From an uncultured bacterium (GTDB lineage: Bacteria > Fidelibacterota > Marinisomatia > Marinisomatales > UBA1611), in the NCBI GenBank assembly GCA_964343085.1, contig CAYFIF010000001.1:1-54172 (forward strand): a stretch of 54,172 nt of DNA, written 5' to 3'. Under the pieces are notes generated by a model, which ran no database searches, had not been told where the DNA came from, and saw nothing but the letters and a program-made list of their open reading frames with translations. Shown here piece by piece: positions 10,167 to 19,312 of this stretch. Position numbers and translations under genes: made by a program. The first letter of the stretch is position 1. Each line of letters starts with the position of its first letter.

Positions 10167-11531
10167 TTAACCTCCATTCCTAAGAATTAGATCTCGATAC
10201 CAGAAAAAACTATTTTTTGGAATACGTTCTAGTGAATCAAAATCTACCCAGACTAATCCAAACCGCTGTCCAAAACCCTCACACCATTCAAAATTATCCA
10301 ATAGCGACCATGCGAAATAGCCTTCGCAAGGCACTCCGCTATCAATGGCCTTTTTTAGTGATAGGAGATGCGTATTATGATACTCTATTCTTTTATTATC
10401 ATTTATTATTTTATTTTTATCAGGACCAATTTTGTAAGAGCATCCGTTTTCAGTGATGTAAATTTTTTTTAATGAATAATCATTTTTAATTCTTATAAGA
10501 AGTTTATAAAAACTATCAGGGTGGATTTCCCATCCGAAATCTGTCTTATTACCTGTTTTGATTTCAACAGGAAGATTCTTTTCTTTGGGAACTTTTTTAT
10601 TTCTTACAATTGCTCTGCTGTAATAATTAACTCCCAAAAAATCCGTTTCTGTTGATATAGTTTTTAGGTCATTATCAAAAATAATTTCAAGATCAGACTT
10701 TTTAATTAAGTTATCCTTTAATAGCCAATCAAAAATATCTTGAGGGTATGATTTTTTGTATAATGGATCAAGGTACATCCTATTAAATACACCATCAAAT
10801 TTAGCACACTCATCAATATCATATTCGCTACTTGATGCAGGAATCCCAGGAGTAAGATTTAGTGTTATTCCTACATTTGCTGATAGTGAATTACTTTTTA
10901 TTTCTGGTATAGCCATACCATGAGATAATAGCAGATGGTGTGTGGTGGCAATACTTTTTGTCCAATTATTTTTTATTCCTGGAGGGAATTCACCCTCAAT
11001 GTAGCCCTTATAACTAATACACCATGGTTCATTATGGGTTATCCAGTTTTTAACACGGTCGCCTAAATGTTTTGAGAGCCAATAAGCGTAGTGTAAATAA
11101 TGATCAATAACATTTCTATTGGGCCAGCCACCTAAATCTTCAATACCTTGGGGTATGTCCCAGTGGTTTATAGTTAAAAAAGGTGAAATGTCATTTTCCA
11201 GTAGGGAGTCTACTATTCTGCTATAAAAATCTAAACCTAGCATATTAGGTTTTGTTTCGGTGCCTCTTGGAAATATTCTAGTCCAACTTGTTGAAAAACG
11301 ATATGCGTTTACGCCTAGATCTTTTAGTAGTTTAAAATCTTCTTTCCATAGGAAATAATGGTTACATGCTCTATCACCATTATCCTGATTTTTAATTTTC
11401 CCCATAGTGTGACTATGGGTATCCCATACCGAAAGACCCTTTCCGTCAACATCAAAAGCACCCTCTATCTGGTAGCTAGATGTTGCTGTTCCCCAAATAA
11501 AATTTTCAGGAAATTTTTTACCGTCTTTCAT
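10167..11531 (-). CDS. GH1 beta-glucosidase
   Basis: Motifs are FIWGTATSSYQIEG, ITHNEPW and YITENG. The track start at 11552 is a GTG that overlaps the upstream gene. The ATG at 11531 (MKDGKKFPENFIWG) lies 2 nt after the upstream stop and is preferred. Confidence 0.95.
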   Translation of the reverse strand: MKDGKKFPENFIWGTATSSYQIEGAFDVDGKGLSVWDTHSHTMGKIKNQDNGDRACNHYFLWKEDFKLLKDLGVNAYRFSTSWTRIFPRGTETKPNMLGLDFYSRIVDSLLENDISPFLTINHWDIPQGIEDLGGWPNRNVIDHYLHYAYWLSKHLGDRVKNWITHNEPWCISYKGYIEGEFPPGIKNNWTKSIATTHHLLLSHGMAIPEIKSNSLSANVGITLNLTPGIPASSSEYDIDECAKFDGVFNRMYLDPLYKKSYPQDIFDWLLKDNLIKKSDLEIIFDNDLKTISTETDFLGVNYYSRAIVRNKKVPKEKNLPVEIKTGNKTDFGWEIHPDSFYKLLIRIKNDYSLKKIYITENGCSYKIGPDKNKIINDNKRIEYHNTHLLSLKKAIDSGVPCEGYFAWSLLDNFEWCEGFGQRFGLVWVDFDSLERIPKNSFFWYRDLILRNGG

Positions 11532-11533
11532 AG

Positions 11534-13168
11534 CTAAACATTTTTCAGCCACCCAGGGGAGGCGGCCTTTACTAATTGTTTTGTGTATCTGGCCTGAGGC
11601 GATTGGATTAACTCTTCGGCAATGCCTTGTTCAACAATTTGGCCTTTTTGTAATACAATAATTCTATCTGCCAAATATCTTGCTGATGCAAGATCGTGAG
11701 TAATAAAAATAATTGCCAGATTATTTTTTATGCGCATTTGCGCAAAGATTTCTAGAATTTCCATCCTGATTGAGACGTCAAGCATTGAAGTCGGTTCATC
11801 AGCAACAATTAGATCTGGGCTGAGGCTCAGGGCTCTTGCGATTGCAACTCTTTGCCGTTCGCCACCGGACATTTCATGCGGAAATTTTGATGCAAAATTT
11901 TTTCCTGGAGTTAGACCAACTGTTTCTAATAATTCTACTATATAATCAAATATTTCTGATTGAGTTTTTATTTTATGTCTTACTAGTGGTCGCGAGAGAT
12001 GATGGTAGACTGTGTGTATTGAATTTAAAGAGCCAAATGGGTCTTGGAAGACCATTTGAATTCTCTGTCTATAATTAAGCGATACTCTTTTTGCTTCAGA
12101 TATCAGAATTTCTTTTCCGTTGATCCTTATATTCCCGCTCGTTGGTTTTATAAGTCTAGTAATCAATTTTGCTATAGTGCTCTTTCCACTACCAGATTCA
12201 CCAACTAGAGCCAAAATTTCTCCAGGGTGGATTTTAAAGTTTACATTTTTAACTGCTTCAAACATCTGGGGTTTGAAAAATCCAGATATAGGAAAACTTT
12301 TTGAAAGATTTACTATCTCTAAAATTGGCTTTTCCTTGATTATTTTCTTATTTGGTTTTGATAGAAGCCCTTTTTTTCTTGGTCCGGATGCGGAAGGGAG
12401 GGCCCCAATAAGTTTTTTTGTATATGGGTGTGAACCTCCAGTTTTAATATGTTTTGCGTTATCAAGTTCCATTATTTTACCATCTCTCATAACGGCAAGA
12501 CGGTCAGCAAATTCTAACAAAAGATTAAGATCATGAGTTATAAATAAAATTGTAAAACCCAATTCTTTTCTTAAATCAATAATTTTTGAAAGAATTGCTC
12601 TTTCAACTATCACGTCCAACGCGGTTGTTGGTTCATCCATAATTATAACCGGTGGCATTAGAGCCAAAGCAATTGCTAGCACAATTCGTTGTTTCATTCC
12701 ACCCGATAGTTGATGTGGATAGCTATCTAATCGAGTATGATCAATATCAACAAGTAAGAGTAGTTCATTTATGCGAGTATCTATTTCATCATCAGAAGAA
12801 TTTGTATGTGCCTCAAGAACATCCCTTATTTGAGATCGGATTGTGAGCACAGGGTTTAGTGCGTTTAAAGCGCTCTGGAGTACAATAGAGATTTCCTTCC
12901 ATCTAAAGTCCATAACCTGGTCATATGTTGATTCTAAAATATCTTTATCATTGAAAAAGGCATTGCCACCAGATATTACACCAGGAGGAGGAAGAGTTCT
13001 GAGCAGGGCTTGTACAACAGTACTTTTTCCACTTCCGGACTCACCTACAAGACCAAAAATCTCTCCCTTTTTTATATCGAATGAGACATTTTTCACTGCA
13101 TGGATTGAACCACTTTTTGTTATATAATCAACGCAAAGGTTTTGGACTGAAACTATAGGCTTATTCAT
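11534..13168 (-). CDS. Fused double ATP-binding subunit of an Opp/Dpp-type ABC importer (OppD-OppF fusion-like)
   Basis: There are two Walker A motifs (GESGSGKST twice) and two ABC signatures (LSGGMKQR, MSGGERQR). The likely start is ATG 13168 (MNKPIVSVQNL), which overlaps the permease stop in ATGAATAA. The track start at 13276 is an unlikely 36-codon extension. Confidence 0.9.
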   Translation of the reverse strand: MNKPIVSVQNLCVDYITKSGSIHAVKNVSFDIKKGEIFGLVGESGSGKSTVVQALLRTLPPPGVISGGNAFFNDKDILESTYDQVMDFRWKEISIVLQSALNALNPVLTIRSQIRDVLEAHTNSSDDEIDTRINELLLLVDIDHTRLDSYPHQLSGGMKQRIVLAIALALMPPVIIMDEPTTALDVIVERAILSKIIDLRKELGFTILFITHDLNLLLEFADRLAVMRDGKIMELDNAKHIKTGGSHPYTKKLIGALPSASGPRKKGLLSKPNKKIIKEKPILEIVNLSKSFPISGFFKPQMFEAVKNVNFKIHPGEILALVGESGSGKSTIAKLITRLIKPTSGNIRINGKEILISEAKRVSLNYRQRIQMVFQDPFGSLNSIHTVYHHLSRPLVRHKIKTQSEIFDYIVELLETVGLTPGKNFASKFPHEMSGGERQRVAIARALSLSPDLIVADEPTSMLDVSIRMEILEIFAQMRIKNNLAIIFITHDLASARYLADRIIVLQKGQIVEQGIAEELIQSPQARYTKQLVKAASPGWLKNV

Positions 13169-14093
13169 TTGATCTAACAACAGGAGTGACCCCATCAATT
13201 TTATTAATATTTGAAATTTTTTCTTTCCAAATCCGTTCTGAAATAAGTCTTGGGTTGGTGACCTCATCAATACCAAAGTTTATCAGAGTTAGGGCAAAAC
13301 TAATAATAGCAATGCCTAATCCTGTAGGAACAAATGTCCACCATGATCCTGTTAGAAGGGCCAGGTCATTACTAGCCCAATATAGATTAGTTCCCCATGT
13401 TACCGCACTAACATCCCCGAGGCCTAAAAATTCAAGAGCTACTTGAGCACCTATTGCATAGATACTCGCGCCTATAAAGGAGGATGCTATAAGCGATAGC
13501 ATTCTTGGCATAATCTCAACAATTATTATTCTGATGTTTCTCTCTCCGCTAATAATTGCAGCGGAGACAAAATCACGATTTTTAAATGACATCATTTGAG
13601 AACGGATGATACGAGCATTCCACGCCCACCCTGTTAAGGATAATACACCGATAAGGGTGAGAGGCCCGGGTGGCAGCCAGCTTGCTAGTATCACCATTAG
13701 TGGAAGTCCAGGCATAACCAAAAACACATTAATTAGCAATGACAAAATATCATCAATCTTGCCGCCATAATATCCACTAACTCCACCAATTATTGATCCA
13801 ATAATTACTACTAGGAACCCAGTAATGAATCCGACCAATAGGGTTTGTCTTCCTCCTGCTATCGTTTGTGCGAATACATCTTGACCCTGTCCATTTGTTC
13901 CAAACCAATATTCTGCAGATGGTGGTGAAAGAGGGGTACTTAAAAAGGCTGTAGGATCTTTTGTAAGTAATTGGCCAAACAATGAAATAATAATAAAAAA
14001 GCACACAAGCGAGGACCCGACGACAGCTTTTTTGTTTGACATTACACCTTTGATCCATCTGGAAATAATACTGTGGTTGTTAAATTTTTTCAT
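13161..14093 (-). CDS. ABC transporter permease (OppC/DppC-like)
   Basis: 310 aa with multiple TM segments and a BPD-transport EAA-like region (SAAIISGERNIRII). It lies between the other permease and the ATPase. Confidence 0.9.
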   Translation of the reverse strand: MKKFNNHSIISRWIKGVMSNKKAVVGSSLVCFFIIISLFGQLLTKDPTAFLSTPLSPPSAEYWFGTNGQGQDVFAQTIAGGRQTLLVGFITGFLVVIIGSIIGGVSGYYGGKIDDILSLLINVFLVMPGLPLMVILASWLPPGPLTLIGVLSLTGWAWNARIIRSQMMSFKNRDFVSAAIISGERNIRIIIVEIMPRMLSLIASSFIGASIYAIGAQVALEFLGLGDVSAVTWGTNLYWASNDLALLTGSWWTFVPTGLGIAIISFALTLINFGIDEVTNPRLISERIWKEKISNINKIDGVTPVVRSNE

Positions 14094-14096
14094 TTT

Positions 14097-15083
14097 TTAA
14101 TTACGTGTTCTTGGGTCTAGAAAAAGAATCAAAATATCTACGAACCAGTTTGCTGCTAAAATTGAAAAGGTTATTGTCATAAAAACGCCTTGCATAAGAG
14201 GGAAATCCTGTGATGTGACAGCCTGCAGCAATAAATATCCTTGCCCTGGATAGGAAAAAATCATTTCAGTCAATAGTGCTCCACTTAAAACGAATCCAAG
14301 CGCCATACCAAAGCCTGTGAAGTTTGGTAGAATAGCATTTCTTGCAGCATATCGAAACATTATAAGCCGGGATCGCAGACCTTTCGCTCTTGCAAAGGTT
14401 ATATAGTCTGCTCCTAATGTTGATATCATAGTATTTCTCATTGATAGCATCCAACCCCCTACGCTAACAAGGATCATGGTTAAGGCGGGTAGGGTGGCGT
14501 GATATAGTGCGCTAATGACAAACGAGAAACTGAAACTTGGGGATAGACTATCACTGTAGGCATGCCCTAGAGGAAACCACCCGAGCTTAAAACCAAAAAA
14601 ATAGAGTGATACCATAGCCAACCAAAAGTATGGAAAAGCACCTATGAAAGCCAGGGCAGGAGGTAAAATTGAATCTAATTTTCCTCCTCTGTTCCAGGCG
14701 ATTAGGGTTCCTAAAAAAGTACCTATAGCAAACGAAATTATTAATGAAGTCCCGGCCAAGAATATTGTCCAAAGCAGACCAGAAGCAATTACATTTGTAA
14801 CCGGCTCAGGAAAGTAAGCGATTGAAGTTCCAAGTTCACCTTGGAATATGCTTTTAAGATATGTCCAATATTGACCTATAAGCGGTTCATCTGTGAGGCC
14901 GAAAGTTTTCCTTAGTGAGTTCATTGCCTCAGGTTTTAATTTTCCTCTGAATCTGGCAAAGATGATTGATGCTGGATCACCAGGCATTAATCGCGGAATA
15001 AAAAAATTTAAGGTTACCGCAGCCCATGCTGCTAAAAGATAAAAACCAAGCCTCCGCAATAAATAATTAAATGATTGATTCAT
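14097..15083 (-). CDS. ABC transporter permease (OppB/DppB-like)
   Basis: 328 aa. It has a typical OppB N-terminus (YLLRRLGFYLL..FFIPRLMPGDP) and the motif ITFARAKGL. An ATGA overlap joins it to the binding-protein gene at 15080-15083. Confidence 0.9.
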   Translation of the reverse strand: MNQSFNYLLRRLGFYLLAAWAAVTLNFFIPRLMPGDPASIIFARFRGKLKPEAMNSLRKTFGLTDEPLIGQYWTYLKSIFQGELGTSIAYFPEPVTNVIASGLLWTIFLAGTSLIISFAIGTFLGTLIAWNRGGKLDSILPPALAFIGAFPYFWLAMVSLYFFGFKLGWFPLGHAYSDSLSPSFSFSFVISALYHATLPALTMILVSVGGWMLSMRNTMISTLGADYITFARAKGLRSRLIMFRYAARNAILPNFTGFGMALGFVLSGALLTEMIFSYPGQGYLLLQAVTSQDFPLMQGVFMTITFSILAANWFVDILILFLDPRTRN

Positions 15084-16738
15084 CTGTTTTTTAAGTTTAC
15101 TAAAACAAAAAGATTTTCTGGGGGATAGTTTGGTGAAAGTGTAGCATATGGATTTTCTTCGCTTGGGAAATTAGTAAAATATTTTGTATTGCACTCGGCC
15201 CAAGATGCCTCAGCAAACAATGGAATTGCGGGGGCATTATCGATAAAAAGATATTGTAATTTATATAGAATTTCTTTTATCCTTTTTTTGTCTGAGGTTT
15301 TTTCAAATTCCCTGAATAACGAATCTGCAGCTGGATGATTAAATCGATGCCAGTTACCATCAGCTATCGTTCCAACGGGCTGTAAATATTCGGAAGCCAT
15401 CATACCTTTATAAAGTGGGAAAGGGGTTGTCCCTTTATCAGCCCAACCAATAGCCATATCAAATTCACCTTTTTGCATGCGACTTATCCATGCTCCGAAA
15501 TCATAGGTTTTCACTTTTGTTTTAATACCAATCTGTTCAAGATTTTTACTTATGATTTGAGCAGATCGTATCCAGTCACTCCAGCCGGAGACTATAATGA
15601 TATTGAAATATAAATCTTCACCTGTTTTGGTTTCTCTTATACCATAATCATTTTTGAAATAGCCAATGCTGTCTAATATTTCATTGGCTCTATGGGGATT
15701 ATATCTAACCCAATTTTCCTTTTTCGCTATATCCGGTGGGTGCCACTTAGACATTTGGCCAGAAACACCAGTAACATGAGCAGGGACCGTGTAATTATAC
15801 ATTCCAACTTTAACGACAAGTTCTCTATTGATTGCGTAACTGATTGCCTTTCTAACCATTTTATCTTTAAATATCGATTTTTTTGTGTTTATATAGAAAA
15901 AAGTTGTGTGCCCAGTCTGAGGAAACCAGTATCTGTGATTTTCAGGATCTTTTTCAATGAAAACTCTATCGATCGCTGGTATAAATGCACCGGCCCAGTC
16001 TAGTTTCCCGCTAATAAGTGCAAGAGTTACTTGTTCATTGCTGGGGTATGTTGGAAATTTTAGTTTATTTATTTCAGGTTTTCCTTTTTGCCAATAATTA
16101 TGATTTTTTCCTAGCTCCCATACCTGATTCTCGAATCTCAATATTTCCGTAAAAGGTCCAGTCCCTATTGGTTCAGGATTTGTAAACTTAACCGGGTTTT
16201 CAATATCTTCCCAAATATGTTTAGCAACAATTGGCTGTCCCGCAACGTCATCAAATCCAGGTACGTAGACACGTTTAAATTCGAACTTAACGGTAGAGTC
16301 ATTTAGTGCCTGAACTTCTTTCAGATAACTCCAGGAGTCTCTTGTATCTAGACCGGCATGCATTTTTTTGAGATTAAATGTAAAAGCAACGTCCTCTGCA
16401 GTAAAAGGTTTCCCATCTGACCATTTTACTCCTGAACGAGTAGTTAAAATAAGTACCGTATTCTCGAGGTTCCATTCGTAGCTTAATGCAAGCCAGGGTA
16501 CATACTCAGCTTTTATCGAATTATAAATAAATAGAGGTTCATAGATTCCAGAGGATGTTGGCCAGCGTGCTGATCCTGCAGGAGTAAGAGGGTTGAAATT
16601 TCTTACCCATGAGGACTGAGATTCTTGGTATATCGTCAGTGCTCTATTTTTATCTAAGTTAGCCTTTTCACAGCTAATCAGGATAAGAAATAAAGCTACT
16701 TTGGAGGGGAGTAACTTTTCTAGGTATTTAATTTGCAT
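15080..16738 (-). CDS. Family-5 (peptide/oligosaccharide) ABC substrate-binding lipoprotein, predicted beta-gluco-oligosaccharide binding
   Basis: 552 aa with a lipobox (LILISCEK). Its size and sequence style match SBP_bac_5. It is flanked by GH16 and GH1/GH30 in one operon. Confidence 0.85.
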   Translation of the reverse strand: MQIKYLEKLLPSKVALFLILISCEKANLDKNRALTIYQESQSSWVRNFNPLTPAGSARWPTSSGIYEPLFIYNSIKAEYVPWLALSYEWNLENTVLILTTRSGVKWSDGKPFTAEDVAFTFNLKKMHAGLDTRDSWSYLKEVQALNDSTVKFEFKRVYVPGFDDVAGQPIVAKHIWEDIENPVKFTNPEPIGTGPFTEILRFENQVWELGKNHNYWQKGKPEINKLKFPTYPSNEQVTLALISGKLDWAGAFIPAIDRVFIEKDPENHRYWFPQTGHTTFFYINTKKSIFKDKMVRKAISYAINRELVVKVGMYNYTVPAHVTGVSGQMSKWHPPDIAKKENWVRYNPHRANEILDSIGYFKNDYGIRETKTGEDLYFNIIIVSGWSDWIRSAQIISKNLEQIGIKTKVKTYDFGAWISRMQKGEFDMAIGWADKGTTPFPLYKGMMASEYLQPVGTIADGNWHRFNHPAADSLFREFEKTSDKKRIKEILYKLQYLFIDNAPAIPLFAEASWAECNTKYFTNFPSEENPYATLSPNYPPENLFVLVNLKNR

Positions 16739-18008
16739 TATTTATTTTTTGATATACTCTTATGTAATCTATTTCCATTGTTGTAGGGAAAATAGTATCA
16801 TCAATCCCTTTTAGACCGCCCCAGGATCCTCCAACTGCTATGTTAAATAGCAAGTGGAAGGGTTGATCAAAAGGCCATCGCTGCCATCCTTGATTGTTTT
16901 TATAGTATTCTAATATTTTTTCGCCGTTTACAAATACAATCAATTTTTCTTCTTCCCATTCGAGAGCGTATAAGTTAAAGCTATTGCAAGCATTTTTTAA
17001 GGCGATTTTTCCTTGCTGATCAGATTTTGAAATATCACCAGAAAAGGCAATATTGTGTATTGAGCTTACAATTAAGTCTTGTTCGTGTCCTACATGTTCA
17101 AAAATATCGATTTCACCACTTAATGGCCAAGGTCCATATTCCCAGTTTGTGGGAAGCGCCCAACCGGCTGCCCATGTACCTCTACCTAGGGGTAGCTTTG
17201 CGCGAATCTCAAATCTTCCATATTTCCAACTTTTCCTAGTTTTAATTCTGGATGAGGTATATTCTGATCCCTTATTAAATTGTTTTCTGGCTTCTATGAT
17301 CAATTTTCCGTTTTCAATCCTGATGTTATCGTTCGAATCAGTGTAATACTGGAGCTCATTATTTCCCCAACCTCCGCCTGTAACCCAATTAAGTACAGAG
17401 TCAGTTCTAACTATGATTTCATTATCGCTAGAAGATTTGAACGATTCATTTGGGAAATATCTACCGGTCAAACCGGGTTGGTTTTTTTCTGATAAAAGAT
17501 TTTCATTTGGGACAAGGGATTTTTCAAATTGATTTGATTCCCAACCAAAAATTAAAGCCTCCCCACCTGATTTTTCGAAATATTCCAGCGTTATTTCATA
17601 TGATCTATTTCCCTCAAGATAAATTTTTCCTGATGATTCTGTAGCTGGTTGAGGGATCCACTTGTCGATAACCAGATTTTTATCAATAAACAGCCTCACT
17701 CCATCATCAGATACAATATAAAAAGTATAATCCGAAGAGTGATGGATTTTTATTTTTCCGGTCCATCTTACGGTAAAGTTATCCTTTGGAAAATTTTCAG
17801 GCATAAAGATGGGTGAACTAGTCCCATATTGTTCAAAAAAGGGGGCACCGGTTCCAATATCAAAGGTCCAGTCCTGTAGGTTAATATTTTTTTTGTCAAA
17901 TTCATCATGCCAAACCAATTTCCCATATGAATGCGAAGGTTTGTTAACATTTTTATTGCAGTTAAATATCAAAGCAGATAGGATCAAGATGAAAGCAATT
18001 TTAATCAA
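16728..18008 (-). CDS. PA14-domain plus GH16 endo-beta-1,3-glucanase (laminarinase) lipoprotein
   Basis: There is a signal peptide with Cys (LIFNCNK). The PA14 region reads FTVRWTGKI..DYTFYIVSDDGVRLFID..LEYFEKSGGEALIFGWE. The GH16 catalytic motif is SGEIDIFEH, with WPFDQPFHLLFNIAVGG downstream. Confidence 0.9.
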   Translation of the reverse strand: MIKIAFILILSALIFNCNKNVNKPSHSYGKLVWHDEFDKKNINLQDWTFDIGTGAPFFEQYGTSSPIFMPENFPKDNFTVRWTGKIKIHHSSDYTFYIVSDDGVRLFIDKNLVIDKWIPQPATESSGKIYLEGNRSYEITLEYFEKSGGEALIFGWESNQFEKSLVPNENLLSEKNQPGLTGRYFPNESFKSSSDNEIIVRTDSVLNWVTGGGWGNNELQYYTDSNDNIRIENGKLIIEARKQFNKGSEYTSSRIKTRKSWKYGRFEIRAKLPLGRGTWAAGWALPTNWEYGPWPLSGEIDIFEHVGHEQDLIVSSIHNIAFSGDISKSDQQGKIALKNACNSFNLYALEWEEEKLIVFVNGEKILEYYKNNQGWQRWPFDQPFHLLFNIAVGGSWGGLKGIDDTIFPTTMEIDYIRVYQKINNAN

Positions 18009-18025
18009 TCTAGTTATGCTTTAAG

Positions 18026-19054
18026 TTAGTCTAAAGTAGGAATTTCTGTACTTTTTCGTTTTAAAATCTTTACAGGAACCATACTTATATTGCCAACACT
18101 ATCATTTTCGTTTTCAACCATGTTTTCAATCATTTTAATCGCGCTGCTTCCTAAAAGAAAAAAATCAGTATATATTGATGTAAGCTCAGGAGTTATTATC
18201 TCCGAGAATGAAAGATTATCGTACCCAGCTATAATAAAATCTTCAGGCACTTTGTACCCGTTTTCTGTAGCTCCTTTAATAAATCCATAACATGTTTCAT
18301 CGTTACAGCCAAAAATAGCCACATCATTTAGATTGCGTTTCCTGAAGTCTTCAAATGCAACTTTACCGGTTGAGCTTGAAAAATCACCATCAAATGTCCA
18401 GACTAGTTTAAGTGATGGTTTCTCAGAGATATGGTCAAGGAAACCATTTTTTCTAAAAATTGCATCTATCGGCGGTTGCTTAAATGTGCCCTCTATTGGA
18501 CGCTTTGGGCCGGATATAAAACCAAAATTTTTATAGCCAAGCTCTTCGAAGTGTTTGGCTATCATATATCCGCCAGCGTAAGAGTCAAATGTGATTGTAT
18601 CAATTTTTGGATTTTTTATAGGAGTCAGTGTAACTATAGGATATTGGCCCACCCCATCCTTTATTTTTAAATAATCTTTATTGTCCAAGCTTGGAAGGAA
18701 AAGACAGATTCCTGTATACTTTTTGCTTAAGCTTATAATATACTCTATTGGATCTTCACTATGTTTTGCAAGGTTGATGATTACCACCTCAGAGGAAGTG
18801 TTTTTACTGGCTTTATAAAACCCATGCAAAAAATTTGCATAGAACTCTCCCCCAAAAAGCTCACTCACAAGGGCAATAGTTAGTTGACCCGAGTGTTTAT
18901 CTTTTCCTATAAATGGATAGCCAAGTCTGCGTGCTGATGCGTAGATTTTTTCTTCGTTCGAGGAATAGTTTCTTCGTTTGCGGCGAAGAGCTCTGGATAC
19001 AGTCGCGATGGACAGTCCGGTATCTTCGGATACGTGTTTAAGAGTTGTGCGCAA
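18026..19054 (-). CDS. LacI-family transcriptional regulator
   Basis: The N-terminal HTH is TLKHVSEDTGLSIATVSRALR, followed by a periplasmic-binding-fold sugar sensor domain. The start is a TTG at 19054-19052. It is the first gene of the minus-strand operon. Confidence 0.9.
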   Translation of the reverse strand: MRTTLKHVSEDTGLSIATVSRALRRKRRNYSSNEEKIYASARRLGYPFIGKDKHSGQLTIALVSELFGGEFYANFLHGFYKASKNTSSEVVIINLAKHSEDPIEYIISLSKKYTGICLFLPSLDNKDYLKIKDGVGQYPIVTLTPIKNPKIDTITFDSYAGGYMIAKHFEELGYKNFGFISGPKRPIEGTFKQPPIDAIFRKNGFLDHISEKPSLKLVWTFDGDFSSSTGKVAFEDFRKRNLNDVAIFGCNDETCYGFIKGATENGYKVPEDFIIAGYDNLSFSEIITPELTSIYTDFFLLGSSAIKMIENMVENENDSVGNISMVPVKILKRKSTEIPTLD

Positions 19055-19312
19055 GAGTTATCTACTAATTTTTAAATAAAAAATATCGGTTAAGATATTA
19101 ATTAAAATTTATTATTGCAAATTTTTTTCATTTTTTTAAAAATTATGAAAAAAGATTGCATCTTTTTAATATAACATATTACTTTTAATAGGGTAGGGGA
19201 ATAGTGTGTGGAATATTTTATCTGCTTAGGGCTATGCCTTTAGACTTTAAGCGGTGGAGTGTAAAATCATGGTATTTTATATTTTTGAAAGAAAAATAAG
19301 GGAGAGGTTAAT
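19055..19312. promoter_or_regulatory. Divergent control region between the LacI-led operon and the 1008-aa surface-protein gene
   Basis: This 258-nt AT-rich intergenic region contains two short palindromes: AATATCggttaaGATATT (19082-19099) and AAAAGAttgcaTCTTTT (19150-19166). A GGGAGAGG Shine-Dalgarno sits before ATG 19313. Confidence 0.5.

Noticed and set aside
11730-13127. Several plus-strand ORFs of 64-138 aa (11730-11945, 11836-12078, 12120-12536, 12652-12846, 12843-13127) lie antisense to the ABC ATPase gene.
   Set aside because: They lie entirely inside a gene with unambiguous Walker and ABC-signature motifs on the other strand. Their translations are low-complexity with no motifs. These are typical shadow ORFs.
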